Notes: generated by a model not told the origin, from the letters alone. DNA of 64,000 nt from Coniocarpon cinnabarinum (GCA_051942205.1 JAVECO010000020.1:1-64000); one strand, 5' to 3'. Shown: positions 12,012 to 23,550, numbered from the stretch's first letter. Made by a program: numbers and translations.

Positions 12012-15000
12012 ATGGATGAAGAAGAACCCGCAGTCTTCAACGCGTACGAATACTCGCAAAAATGCTTGAAGACACTTCAATTCTGCATCGGCAAGCTCAC
12101 CAATTTTAATACATCCATCAATGGGAAAAAACATGACCGATTTGTGTCCCAGCTCTCTCAGGCGGTAAAGCTGACATTTTCAAGTATTCTTGCGTGAGCT
12201 GAGACGACTTTTAGCTTGATTATTTTCAAGAAGACCCACAGCTTCTAGATCCTCATCTCAAAGCCTTTGTTCCACCACTATTCTCAGCATTGCTCAAGAT
12301 ATTCACTCGGCAAACCCTGGGAGCAAACGGCGATGAAGGCATTTCGGAGGTCAGAAGCTTATGCACTGTTGTTTGTGCTTTTTGCAAAGTTCGTGGACGA
12401 AAAGTAATTTCCAAATTCCTCGATAATGAGCCCCGGTATCTGGAATTATTGCTGGATGTTCATACCAAGATATTTGCCTCAAAACGACAGGCGACGGGCT
12501 TCATGCCTGACGTACCCAACGTTCAATCGCATGGCGGGGACGACAGCTCGTCGTGGCAGATCCGATACGTAATAATTCTGTGGCTATCGCACCTAGTCCT
12601 TACGCCGTTCGACCTATCCATTCTATCGCAGACCGCGCCTTCTGCTGGCAATTCGACGCCTCTGAGGATCGCGCAGAACGCGCCCTTTACCGCGCAACGT
12701 CTCACTGCGATTGCGCAAGTATCATTGGCGTCTCCAATGGGTGAACGCGTCGTTGCAGCAGAGCTTCTCTCACGCCTTTGCCTTCGCACAGACATGACTG
12801 AAATAGGCTTGCTCAATGCATGTGTAGAATGGAGTCTGAGCTACATTTCGTCGCGTGCTGAAAGTCCGGAAGACTTGTACACGGCTATTGGACTTCTAAC
12901 GTTTTTAAATGCTGTAACTTCATCGGGGTCCCTGCAAGCACTAAGCTCATCCGTCATGCCTATCTATGACAGTCTAGCAAGTCTTTGCTCAGGCACACAC
13001 GCGGCAAGAGGTTTGATACGAGAGTCGGCTGTGGCGAAAAGGCTAGCAATCAAAATTCAGCGCAATATCATGGTGCACTTGCTTAGCGGGAATCAAAGCA
13101 ATGACCAAACAGTTGCCGATATCTCCTGCCAAAATTTAGATGGTCAGACATTATTGGAAGACACCATCCACTACCTCCTCCATTCTCTTGGAGAGAGGGA
13201 CACACAAGTCAGACTTGCTTCCAGCAAAGCATTGAGTGTCATTGCGCAGAAGCTTGATCAGGGCATGGCAGACGAAATTGTGGACGCAGTCATCGAAAAC
13301 ATGAATGAAGATATCCTTGAGGGCCATGGACCTGTCAATTACGCTGGCGCCAATGCCTTGAAATGGCATGGTCTTACTTTTACGCTCGCGCATCTGTTGT
13401 TCAGACGCATACCATCTCCCCACAAGCTTCAAGGGACTCTCGACGCATTGTTTAAGTCCCTCTCATTTAACCAACGCACATCTTCTGGGCATCCTCTTGG
13501 GGGAAATGTTCGCGACGCTACCAATTTCGGCCTATGGTCCGTCGCACGTCGGTACAGGACAGCAGAACTTTCTGCAGACGCTACGCATGCATTGCTTCGA
13601 ACGATTGCGCGCAACCTCATCTGCGCAGCTTGTCTAGACCCCGAGGGTAACGTTCGACGCGGGTCATCGGCGGCGTTACAGGAACTGGTAGGGCGGCACC
13701 CGAATACGATTCCAGAGGGCATTCTTCTTATCCATGTCATAGACTATCAGGCTGTGGGTTTGCGCTCTCGGGCGATCGAGCACGTTGCGGTGGAGGCTGG
13801 TGTCCTTGCCAATGACTATCGAACTGCTTTGCAAGAAGCCATCTTTAGCTGGAGAGGTTTAGAGGCTCCTGATTACCACTCTCGAGAGTCCGCTGCGCGA
13901 GCCCTCTTCGGGCTCATTGACTTGAAAAGCGTTGACACAAAGTCAACGATACAGAGCTTGGATGAGACTCCGCAGCGTGAAGCAGAGAAATACCACGGAT
14001 TAATGATGGCTCTAGCAGAGATTGTGCGATTTCACTCTTCAGATCAAGTTTGGCATCGTGTCTCAACATCAAATAGGATCGATGGGAGACTGGCCAATAT
14101 GATGTCCATTCTCGAGCGAGTTTTCGTCAAGCTCAGATCTGATCCGTCTCGACTTCAGCCGTCAAGCCGCAAGCCCGATCTTGTTGGGCGAGGTGTGATT
14201 GCTCTTGTACAGACTTTTCTCATCTTTTTGAATTTTCTGCTGGCGAGATCAAGCTTTGCGGATCCTGATTATGGGCCTGGGACGTACGCGAATGTAGTGC
14301 ATAAAAACGTTGGTCCCGTACTTACTGCAGCCCTGCGAGCAATCGACGAGCAGAGTTTGGATCTAGCGGAAGAGACAGTCAGAGAAGTGACGGAATTTTC
14401 CACATCAACGGGTTTTGACATTTCAAATCTGGCCCGAAGCTGGCTTCAGGTGAGTTCAAGCGCCTTGTGTCCATCCTGTTTACAGAGTGTGCTTTAGAAA
14501 CTAACTTGTTTGCCTCAGATCAAGCAAACAGGCTCACGATCTATTTGTGCTCCAGGCCTTCAGGTAGCCTTGGGCACGATTTGTAGAGCTTCAGCTTTGT
14601 CAACCGCTGCAAGTGCTGAGAACACACGTCGTTTGCGACGTGTCATAATTGGCTCTTTGATCCAAGACGCCCAATCCTCTCACAGCATCGACGTCCGCGT
14701 AGTTGCCATTCGAGCGCTCAGTAATGTCTGTGAGTCGACATGTCCAGACGAGATCTTGGATATCATTGGTGGTATGCATGCCGCACTCAATGATTACACT
14801 AACACTGAACGTGGCGATATTGGATCACTGTGTCGCATTGAGGCACTGAAAGCCCTTCGCAAGTTCTGGGATACTGATCTTGATCACGGAATGACTTTGG
14901 ATGTTGAACGTCGGTGCTATGCAAGTTGTTTGACACTGGTACTGGGAAAGCTGGACCGCGTGCGCGTTGAGGCGGTCAGGACTTTGCAAGCCCGGCACGT

Positions 15001-15799
15001 TCCTTCTGAGTGGAACTATCCGCGGTAAGATACACGCTCAACAAGAGTAAAGACTGAAAGCTTACAATTCATCAACAGGACTGCATTGGCGGATACCGTG
15101 ACTGTGTCAGGCATCGACCACTACCGTCTCTTGACCACTCTTTTGCGAGGCCCGAGTACTCTTCGAGCTACGCAAGATGACGCTTTTCACGAATATGCGC
15201 AACAGGAGCTGCTTGCTGTCCTTGAAGGATTCGCAATCTCAGCAGGATCCGGAACACCTACGACGCTCCCTGCAGCTCGAGATGCTCTCGCAGAAATACT
15301 TGAAGAGCTTCCGGTGTTTTCAGGCAATGAACAGAGAAGTCTGCTCGTCATTGGGAATGCTATAAGCTCTCTGCTATCCCAAAATCTAACAAATGACCGC
15401 CTCTGCGTACCTTTACTAGAAACCATTGCTTTCCTCTTGGATTACGGCATTTTGCAGCGGCTGTACGATAGAACAGCAACGTCATCGAGAGGCTTCAACT
15501 GGCGAACATTACTCGCACTCGTGCAAAAGAGCCATTTCAAGTCGACCAATTTGCAAAAGCTGCTGGCTGCGGTCAATATCTATGGCAGTCTTGTCGAGAT
15601 CACGGAGATTCGCCACCTTGTTTTAGCCAAAATCATTAGTACACTCTCACACCCATTTCCTTCGGTCAGAGTAGAAGCAGCGAAAGTGCTCCATACCACA
15701 ACAGGGGATCGTCGACTTAAGCCCATAGTCTGGCCTCAAGACCCTAAGGAACACAAGGACTTAGTTGCTGAGCTGAAACGAGGTCATTTGCCTGCATGA
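12012..15799 (+). CDS. TBCD: Tubulin-folding cofactor D (ARM/HEAT repeat)
   Basis: Motifs FQEDPQLLDPHL, CKVRGRKVISKFL, LWLSHLVLTPFDL, NVRDATNFGLWS, DPEGNVRRGSSAALQELVGRHP and DYTNTERGDIGSLCRIEA. Four exons joined by short introns. Confidence 0.92.
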
Positions 15800-16060
15800 C
15801 AACTCATTGCGCAACGCCTGGTCGCGAAAGTTTCGATGAGTCTTGAAGAGAAGAAGCAAAGTCCTGAACAACCCGATAGGTACTAATAGTGGGGTATGAA
15901 AGCTTGTCTGTACTGCCACCAAACCAGCTTTTCAAAGAAGACCAAGCAAGCTCGCCACGTGCCACCTGGGCACTGCTGGAGCGGAGCATTACAGATCTCT
16001 CCTCGATCCCGAGAGAACCCAGCTTATGGAATCAGATTTACAAGTGGCAGACAGACACAG

Positions 16061-16759
16061 ATGTCCACCGATACTACCTTGGATCTGTTCACCTACTACC
16101 GTTCCTCCTCTTCCGCGCGTCTTCGAATAGCTCTTAACTACAAACAGCTAACCTACATAACACATACAGTGTCTCTCCACGAGGGAGCGCAACATGAGGA
16201 TTCTTACGCTCATCTCAACCCTTCCCGTACCGTTCCATGTCTGATCCATCGCTTGCCTACTGCGGGACCAAGTGTCATTGGCCAAAGCGTGGCAGCACTT
16301 GAATACCTTGAGGAGGCCTTCCCATCGCCACCGCTGCTCCCGCCACTGACCAACCTCGCAGAACGCGCAAAAGTGCGGCAACTAGTCCAGATCATAGCCA
16401 GTGACACGCAGCCTCTCATTAACCGGCGCATCGCAGCTGCTGTCTCTGAGCTGGGTAAACCAAAAGTTGCTTGGGCGCGCGAGCACACGATGCGTGGACT
16501 CGCTGCTTTTGAAAAGATTCTGGAAAAGACCGCGGGCACATATTGTGTTGGCGACAAGATTACGATGGCCGACGTAGTCCTAGCACCGATGATGTGGAAC
16601 GCGGAGGCTTACGATGTTGACTTTGAAGATGTGTCGACAGTGACGAGAGTGTATAGGACATTAATGACGCTACAGGCTTTCGAGCGGGCCCATTGGAGAG
16701 AGCAGGAGGGTTGCCCTGATGGGTATCGCAATGACAGTTCAAGGTTGCCTGCATACTAG
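16061..16759 (+). CDS. maiA: Maleylacetoacetate isomerase (GST zeta class)
   Basis: Motifs YYRSSSSARLRIAL, LNPSRTVP, QSVAALEYLEE, DTQP and GDKITMADV. Confidence 0.88.
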   Translation: MSTDTTLDLFTYYRSSSSARLRIALNYKQLTYITHTVSLHEGAQHEDSYAHLNPSRTVPCLIHRLPTAGPSVIGQSVAALEYLEEAFPSPPLLPPLTNLAERAKVRQLVQIIASDTQPLINRRIAAAVSELGKPKVAWAREHTMRGLAAFEKILEKTAGTYCVGDKITMADVVLAPMMWNAEAYDVDFEDVSTVTRVYRTLMTLQAFERAHWREQEGCPDGYRNDSSRLPAY

Positions 16760-16787
16760 CAAGCAGCATTTCTTCTAAGTGGCGAAA

Positions 16788-19034
16788 CTATGTAGCCGCA
16801 GCCATCTTCCGTTTCTTCATCTTGGCCACCAAATCATCCAATTCTCCCTCTGATTCCTTCCTCTTGCCACCAATTGCCCCATGTCCTGGGCGACTTTCAG
16901 TCTTTTGCAGGCGCTTGTCTCTCTTCCGTCGTCCCTCCTCTAAGATCGTCTTCATCGCTTTGGTTCCAGAGAATCGAGGATTGGTAGGGTCAATTGCAAA
17001 AGCCGTGTCTTCATACAGACCTCTGAAGCGCTCGTCTGCAAGATCAGGCTGGAAGTCATCGCCCCTCTCCACATCTGGAGGAGTCTTCTGCAGAAGCGTC
17101 CGCCCCTTCTTCTTCTTCTGCTGTTTAGCAGCGCGCTTCTCCGCACGACGAATGTTTGACATGTCAAAATGACCGTTTCTCGTCGATTCACTGTCTTGAA
17201 ATGTGGACACATCGTCATTCATTAGACGACTTAATTCATCTCGTTCCTGTTCGTGCCGAGCTCGCTCTGCCATTGTCTGCTCTTTGTCTTGCTGCTTTCG
17301 AGACTTCATTGCTTCGCGTTTTGCCGATTCGTTGGTTTGTGCAGGATCCATGAAGAAAGGGTCGTCGAAAGGGTCCGCAGCGTTGCCATTGACTTCATCC
17401 TCGCTGGTTTCAGCAGCATCTATCCCCGGCTCCTCTGGGCTTCCTGGGTCTTGTGTGACACCGTCGTTAGTGATACCGTGAGTGCGTGAAGATTTTAGCT
17501 TTTCCTTCCTCCTCTGCTTTCTTTCGCGCTCCTTCCGAATATATCTGTCTCTAGTTGTCTCCTCTCGCACGTCTTCCGGCTTGTTCGCAAAGACGTCGCC
17601 ATTCTTCTCTGCGGCAAGCCCGGAGGAAAACGTAATCTGCATATCGCCGCTGGGCGGTTCGTCTCCATTCTTGGGACGTGACTCCTCCTCAGGCAACCCG
17701 AGCAACGCACGAGTCTTGCGGCGTGCGGATTCTTGCTTTAAATCCTTTTGACTTTGTGTTGGGGCTAGCGTCGGGCCTGGCACAAGGTCTTGATCTTCCG
17801 ACGCACTGCTTTCGGATCCAACATAAGCCTTCAAATCATCGTCCTCACCAACGCCTGCAAAAGCCCTTTTTTGAGCCTCCCCTCTGGCTCGGTCGTCCTC
17901 ATCCCAGGTCAATCGAACTTTGGAATGCGTGAGAGCATCTGTCACGAATTCGTTGGGTTTGTAATTGGGCGGCAACTTTGCGCACGTATCCCGAGGTTTG
18001 TCTGTGATGGGGTCGTTGAACGCAATTTCGTCAGGGATGAATCGAAGATCGAAGAAATTCGATGTACTCAGGTACTCGCGGCCGTCCATTTGCTCGTAGA
18101 GAGCTCGTGCAGTCAAGGTGGAAGATGTAGTAATGACAGCGTAGTAGTAGCGAAGGCGAGTGAGCTGATATTGTCGTAGAGCTTTTGATGACGCATCGAG
18201 AGTCTCGGGATCTTGTGCTTGCTCCTTTTGTAAACGCCGCTTGATGGTCTCCTCGTCTTCTTCGTCTTGATCGGCATCCGCTTCTTGTGCACTGCGTCCA
18301 GCACGGCCTCCTCCCACTCGCTTTTGTGATGCAAAAAGCTCCTTTGCTGGACCCTCCATTTGTTCCCTTTCCATGCGTTCACGCCCGTACTCTGAGGGAT
18401 AAATGGTCACATCCAGCACCTTTCCATCACGTGGACAAAAGCTCTGAGCCACCGCCATGACATCCGCTGCACGAACATTATCCCAGTCCATATTGACCGC
18501 CGCTAGTCGATGGGTAACATCGCCCTCTGGTGCTGTCTTTGCTCCATCACGAACGGCTTCCACTTCATCTTCAACAAGTCCATTTTCGTCCTCAGACTCT
18601 GACGTCTCTTCTTCTGACGATGACGACTCGCTGAAACCGCCTTGTCGCGCTGGATCATACACCTCTTCTTCAACCTGAGTTTTGCGTTCTATTCTTTGTA
18701 GCTCTTTCTCTACCTCCTCGTCGTCATCAACACCCTCCTCGGCTAAGCCATCTTCCTCGTCCAGGCGATAGTAACGCTCGAGCTCCTTGCGTCCTGCTCT
18801 GGCTGACAATGGACGGCCATAGCGGTCAACCCGTGCTCTTCGTGTGAATGCGTCAGAGCTTAGAACATGTTGAAAGCGAGGGTCGAGCTTGATTTTTTGC
18901 GATTTCCGTGACGGCAGGCGAAAGATCGGGTTGGACTGAAGGGCTGAGAAGCGAGTGTCGGGGGCGGTCCGACGCTGGGCCTTTTTCGAATCGTCTATCG
19001 AAGACTTGGGATTGGCAAGGCGTGATTCGGACAT
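16788..19034 (-). CDS. ESF1: Pre-rRNA processing protein ESF1
   Basis: Motifs KLDPRF, VDRYGR, RLAAVNMDWDNVRA, IYPSEYG, LRQYQLTRLRYYYAV, FFDLRFIPD, and C-terminal NUC153-like DERF..FAIDPTNPRF. Confidence 0.95.
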   Translation of the reverse strand: MSESRLANPKSSIDDSKKAQRRTAPDTRFSALQSNPIFRLPSRKSQKIKLDPRFQHVLSSDAFTRRARVDRYGRPLSARAGRKELERYYRLDEEDGLAEEGVDDDEEVEKELQRIERKTQVEEEVYDPARQGGFSESSSSEEETSESEDENGLVEDEVEAVRDGAKTAPEGDVTHRLAAVNMDWDNVRAADVMAVAQSFCPRDGKVLDVTIYPSEYGRERMEREQMEGPAKELFASQKRVGGGRAGRSAQEADADQDEEDEETIKRRLQKEQAQDPETLDASSKALRQYQLTRLRYYYAVITTSSTLTARALYEQMDGREYLSTSNFFDLRFIPDEIAFNDPITDKPRDTCAKLPPNYKPNEFVTDALTHSKVRLTWDEDDRARGEAQKRAFAGVGEDDDLKAYVGSESSASEDQDLVPGPTLAPTQSQKDLKQESARRKTRALLGLPEEESRPKNGDEPPSGDMQITFSSGLAAEKNGDVFANKPEDVREETTRDRYIRKERERKQRRKEKLKSSRTHGITNDGVTQDPGSPEEPGIDAAETSEDEVNGNAADPFDDPFFMDPAQTNESAKREAMKSRKQQDKEQTMAERARHEQERDELSRLMNDDVSTFQDSESTRNGHFDMSNIRRAEKRAAKQQKKKKGRTLLQKTPPDVERGDDFQPDLADERFRGLYEDTAFAIDPTNPRFSGTKAMKTILEEGRRKRDKRLQKTESRPGHGAIGGKRKESEGELDDLVAKMKKRKMAAAT

Positions 19035-19473
19035 CGTGGAAACGCTAGTTGTTGGAATTCTCAGAAATCGAGACTGGGCTACGAGGTAGACTCGCAGACA
19101 TCGAGGCTCAGAGGCAGGCTTCTGAAAGTTGGACAACAATAGACATCCTTAGCGCATGCCTTGAATCGTTGGCGACTTTCAATACGATATGTGAGTGCTG
19201 ATGGAGGCCAACCTTCGGATCTCCTGCAATCTAAAGTCCGCGACATAGTTTGGGTCGGAGCCGCAACAAGCCTCGGTAAGGCAAAGCAGGTAGTGAGTGG
19301 GCTTGGAGCTGTTTCGCAGCCTTTGTCAATTATCGTACTCGTCTCAGCGACAATCCGTTGACTTCGAGAAAGGTGGCTAGTCTACTCCTTGAGGCTGTTG
19401 TTGAGCGCTTAAGTAGCTTCGCTGCGTAGCTTTCCAACAGCCGCGTACTCTTACGTCCTTTCTGCAATCGAGC

Positions 19474-20486
19474 ATGACTTCCATCAAGAGAAAAGCACAA
19501 GAAGGCAAGAGCAAAGAACTGGCGGAGCCGCCCAGATCATCAAGCAACTTCGAAGACATCCCAGGCATTCCTGCAGTCGCGCCCGACTCGAGGTCACCGT
19601 GCGTTGATGAACTCGCTGGTACTACATTCTTTCTTTTCAAGCAACTCTGACTCAGCGTTCTAGCCGAGTGAAAGACAAAGTCGTCATCGTGACAGGTGCC
19701 AACTCGCCTCTCGGCATCGGTCGTGCGGCGGCACATCTTTTCGCACAACAAGCGCCCCGTGCGCTGTATCTCCTTGACTACGAAGATGAGCACCTCTCCA
19801 CTCACGTCCGCGAGCTCAGATCACTCTATTCATCCGTTCCGATCGAGAGTCAACAACTCGACGCGACTGATGAGAGCGCTGTAGAAGCAATATGCAAACA
19901 CGCTTTGGATACGTATGGAAGATTAGATGTGATGTTTGCCAATGCTGGAATAGGGTCAGCAACACGTTTTCAAGACCTAGACGCTGAAGACTTCATGCGT
20001 GTGGTGAAGGGCAACTTGTTGACAGCTTTCCTGTGTGCGAAACATGCCGCGGTGGCAATGCAGAAGAGGTCACCACAACACGGTAAGATGTACCCACAAG
20101 GCTCCATCATCATGACCGCGTCTGCAGCAGGCTTGAAATCCAATGCAGGAGCGTCTGATTACTCGGCTGCAAAAGCCGGTGTGATTTCACTGGCTCGAAC
20201 ACTTTCGTATCAGCTTGCTGGTACTGGTGTGAGAGTGAATGCTCTTTGTCCGGGGATCATTGAGACGGGCATGACGAAGATCATGTACGAGGCCGCAAGG
20301 CAGCGAGGGACCCAGAACAAGATCGGACAGTTGAACCCATTGCAAAGAGGCGGTGTGAGCGACGAGGTTGCAAGAGTAGCGCTGTTCCTAGCCAGTGATG
20401 AAAGCAGCTATGTTAATGGGCAGGCGTTGGCGGTTGACGGTGGACTGAGTGCTGGGCTACCGTTTGTACCTGGGAAATTAGCGTAG
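19474..20486 (+). CDS. Short-chain dehydrogenase/reductase (3-oxoacyl-ACP reductase-like)
   Basis: Motifs TGANSPLGIG, ANAG, YSAAK, RVNALCPG and YVNGQALAVDGG. One 5' intron at ~19599-19662. Confidence 0.85.
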
Positions 20487-20685
20487 TTCCGATACGGCCA
20501 GGTAGTTCTGACGTACAGGGAAGCAGTGAACCTACAGGATCCATTAAATTTCATGTATGCTGCATCGCCTTACCTCTCAGTATCAAGTTCTCGTGTTTGC
20601 TTGTGATTGGGGAATTGACCTCAGTGCGTCAAGGTATTATTTTGAGGATATATTTTGATTTCTATTTCAGTGCCACGTTGTTTCA

Positions 20686-20887
20686 GGGAGGATGGCCGAG
20701 TGGCAAGTGCTCGCTTTCAATCATTGAAGGTCACTCAATCCACTAACATAGATTCAGGTTAAGGCGCTGTGTTTAGGCCTTATACGGGCTCCGCAGTTCG
20801 AAAGAGCGTGGGTTGTGAGTTGAAACCTCACAAGTCATTGTCAGTTGATTCTCTTCTGACACGCAATAGCGAACCCCACTCCTCTCA
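20686..20887 (+). tRNA. tRNA-Leu(UAG) interrupted by one canonical tRNA intron and two spliceosomal-type introns
   Basis: Exons 20686-20702, 20758-20777, 20791-20814 and 20870-20887 join into a 79-nt cloverleaf. Acceptor GGGAGGA/TCCTCTC, D-arm GCCG-AGTGGTTA-AGGC, anticodon stem CTGTG/CGCAG with TT-TAG-G, long variable arm, T-arm GTGGG-TTCGAAC-CCCAC, discriminator A73. Confidence 0.9.
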
Positions 20888-20899
20888 TTGTTCAAAGTG

Positions 20900-20923
20900 T
20901 TTTTTTGTTTGCCTATTTTTTTT
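20900..20923 (+). terminator. Oligo-dT runs (Pol III-type terminator) downstream of the tRNA
   Basis: A T7 run starts at 20900, 13 nt after the discriminator base, with a second T run near 20916-20923. Confidence 0.6.
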
Positions 20924-21092
20924 CTTGCGGTACAATGCATTATCACTACCACCTACTTTTAGGAAGTAGCAGAAAAGTCTAATGTTATGGAGTGCAGAGA
21001 AAGTGCGTCTTTCCCTCGAAAGGTGGCTGTACTGCAAATACGGAACACTGAGCTATGCATTCATTGAGCACATGAAAGACGTGAATCGAGTC

Positions 21093-22169
21093 TTACATTC
21101 CACCCCATTCGATCGTGAAACATCTCACTCTCTCCTCCTTCTCCTGCTCCTGCTCCTGCTCCTGCTTCTGCTCCTCCTCGTCCCCCTCATTGCTCTCAGC
21201 CTTGATTGCTGCTTTGCGATCTTTCGTACTCGCGGGAAACGATTGCTGGAGACAACCATGCGTTTTCTCGCTTCCTCCTATAAGCACACCTTTTTTCACC
21301 CCAGTACCAAGTCTGCCCAATCCAATCAGTGTCAAAAGCTCCACTTCCTCTTCCCAATCTCGACCAACTACCATGAAATGTGAATGAAATCGTAGTGGGT
21401 CCCCAGGGTATGCCATGTACTGACAACCAAATCTTAGGCCAGGACTTAGAAAGTAGGAACGCGCATGAAGGAATTTGAAGAGCGCATACGACGAAGGTAC
21501 GGATGGAAGCTCTAACGATGACATGGGAATTGGAAGCAGAGGATGCGACGTCGTTGGCGTTATTGTATAGGCTTCTATCTGTCGAGCCAGGACATGCTGA
21601 GAGTCTTCGGGACGTGTATCTAGTGATTCATCTAAATTCAATGGCGTGGACGATGGGGATCGAGACGATTCAAGGTCCTCGAGAAGCAGAGACTCATTCG
21701 TGTCCTGAACGGTAAATCTCCTGGCCACAAGCTTCGCATCCTTGTCCTTCGCGCGTTTGTTTTTCTTATGTTTTGCCTTCTCGCTCATCTGAGCCGTAGC
21801 CCGTTGTCTTTCAGTCTCCTTCTGCTGGCTGACTTCACGTGAAACATGAAGACCAATGTCTTCAAGGGATTGCATCCATTGATTCCTTCTATGGGAGTCT
21901 CGCTCTAACTCACGCATACACTGATAGTGCCACGTCTGATCATCAACAACGAATGCCACGCCCATTTCGCACAAAAGTCTGGCCTCTTCATGCATGAGCT
22001 GTAGAGGCAAACCAAGAAACAAGTTCTGTTGGCTCGCTTGCGGCAAGGTTCCGGTGAGGATGCCGGCGATTCCGTACTCACGACGCACTCTGGCAACATG
22101 TGGCCCATGAAACAAGTAATAGCTGCCTCCAATGCGCGAAATCGGAATCGAAGGGTTCTGCATTTTCAT
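21093..22169 (-). CDS. SEN34: tRNA-splicing endonuclease catalytic subunit Sen34
   Basis: Motifs GTLPQASQQNLFLGLPLQLMHEEA and SPGLRFGCQYMAYPGDPLRFHSHF...GRLGTGVKK (catalytic Y/H/K). C-terminus ends FTIEWGGM. Confidence 0.95.
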   Translation of the reverse strand: MKMQNPSIPISRIGGSYYLFHGPHVARVRREYGIAGILTGTLPQASQQNLFLGLPLQLMHEEARLLCEMGVAFVVDDQTWHYQCMRELERDSHRRNQWMQSLEDIGLHVSREVSQQKETERQRATAQMSEKAKHKKNKRAKDKDAKLVARRFTVQDTNESLLLEDLESSRSPSSTPLNLDESLDTRPEDSQHVLARQIEAYTITPTTSHPLLPIPMSSLELPSVPSSYALFKFLHARSYFLSPGLRFGCQYMAYPGDPLRFHSHFMVVGRDWEEEVELLTLIGLGRLGTGVKKGVLIGGSEKTHGCLQQSFPASTKDRKAAIKAESNEGDEEEQKQEQEQEQEKEERVRCFTIEWGGM

Positions 22170-23505
22170 TTATTGCTGCTGCGGTGCCGCCTTTGCGACG
22201 AAGGCCCCTTACGTCGGCGTGTACCACCAGCACTGGACGCCGGCTGTTTCCCCTGCGCTTTCAACTCCACTTGCACACCAGCGGAGTCTTTGAGATCAAC
22301 CCCGCCCGGTGGACGGGTAGCTACCTCCTCTCGGCCTGGGTCGTTTTCTCGGAGATGAGAATGAAGAGAATTGTGACTTTCAGGAGATCGCCCAGGGTCT
22401 GAGGATGAGATCGCGTGTGGTAGAAGCGGGTTCCGAACTTCGGGGAGATTTGGCAGACTCTTTGAAGACGCGCCAGACCACAGTCGTGAATACCAAGGTC
22501 CTGGTCGTGTTTCTGACTCGGATGAGTGCTCTAAGGCCGGCAGATTAGGCTGAGCTCGGAAGGACTGGGAGGGAGTCTGCGGAGACTCAGCACTTGATGG
22601 AGTGGAGACGCTGGTTGCCAAAGACGGCGTTGCGGAATGCGGGGACGAATGCTGTCTATCGACTCTACTTTGTTGAGTCTGAACCCGCAGTGCGGTCCTC
22701 TGCTCCGGGTGTGCAATCTGAGCATGTAGCGGGACCGGACGGGAAAACGGGAACCACCTCGAAAGCTTGATTTTCAGTGGCCTCAAAAGCTGATCTCTCA
22801 GTAATGCTTTGCAGAAGAGCAGATAAAAAGACGAGGTTGCTGGCAACGCTCGAATCTTAGCCTCTGCTCTTCTAACATCCGTCTGTTTGCGAATCAGCAA
22901 GAATTGTAATAAGCTGTCCGACAATGTGCACGGGGGATTGTTCGGGTTCATAGTGAGCTGAGTATGAGTAACATCAAAGTGTCAAGATTCAGTGGATTGA
23001 CAGATTGTTCGGTACTTTTATAATCATTTGGATATCCTTTGGGTTCTCAGGAGGGAAAGAGTGTACTCACTGGTCTTCCTGTAAGGTTGTACCGCAATTC
23101 AGCGAGGAAAAACGCCAGCCAGAATGGAAGTTTACTGATAACGAAAGGGATCTTCTTGTAGTTGCGACAGACGTGGACCAGGTCTTTGCCAAAGGTGAAG
23201 AGACAGAGAAGAATAGGGAGGAGGAGCTCCCAAAGAATGAAGCCTGGTGCTCTGCAACTCAGCTGACCCGAGAGGCGCCAGAGGTGAGGCAAGGGAGCAA
23301 CAATGGTGGAGTGAAAGAAGTGAGTGACAGTGCCAAGACTGCGCCGCAGCCTCGTGCACGCCCAATGAATGCCAAACACCACCACGCGCACAATCATTCC
23401 CAGCAGCGTCCCGGCCATCATACATGCTGCCAGTGTCGCTACGGGATACTCCCGCGTCGTGTCGAGGAACCTAGTAAGGCGACTATTATCAATGTCGTCG
23501 CCCAT
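22166..23505 (-). CDS. Hypothetical membrane protein (two exons), orphan-like
   Basis: Two ORFs are joined in frame by intron 23070-22958 (GTGAGT...CTCAG; GRP|LTMNP). Hydrophobic N-terminal segments and a disordered S/P-rich C-terminus. Start uncertain; no family recognised. Confidence 0.5.
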
Positions 23506-23550
23506 CCTGTTGAATGCTCGCTTTAAATCCTGATACTTCGTGACGCCAAA

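Noticed and set aside
21135..21180. (CTGCTC)n repeat giving a poly-Leu ORF on the + strand
   Set aside because: It is the antisense of the EQEQ low-complexity stretch in SEN34, not a signal peptide gene.
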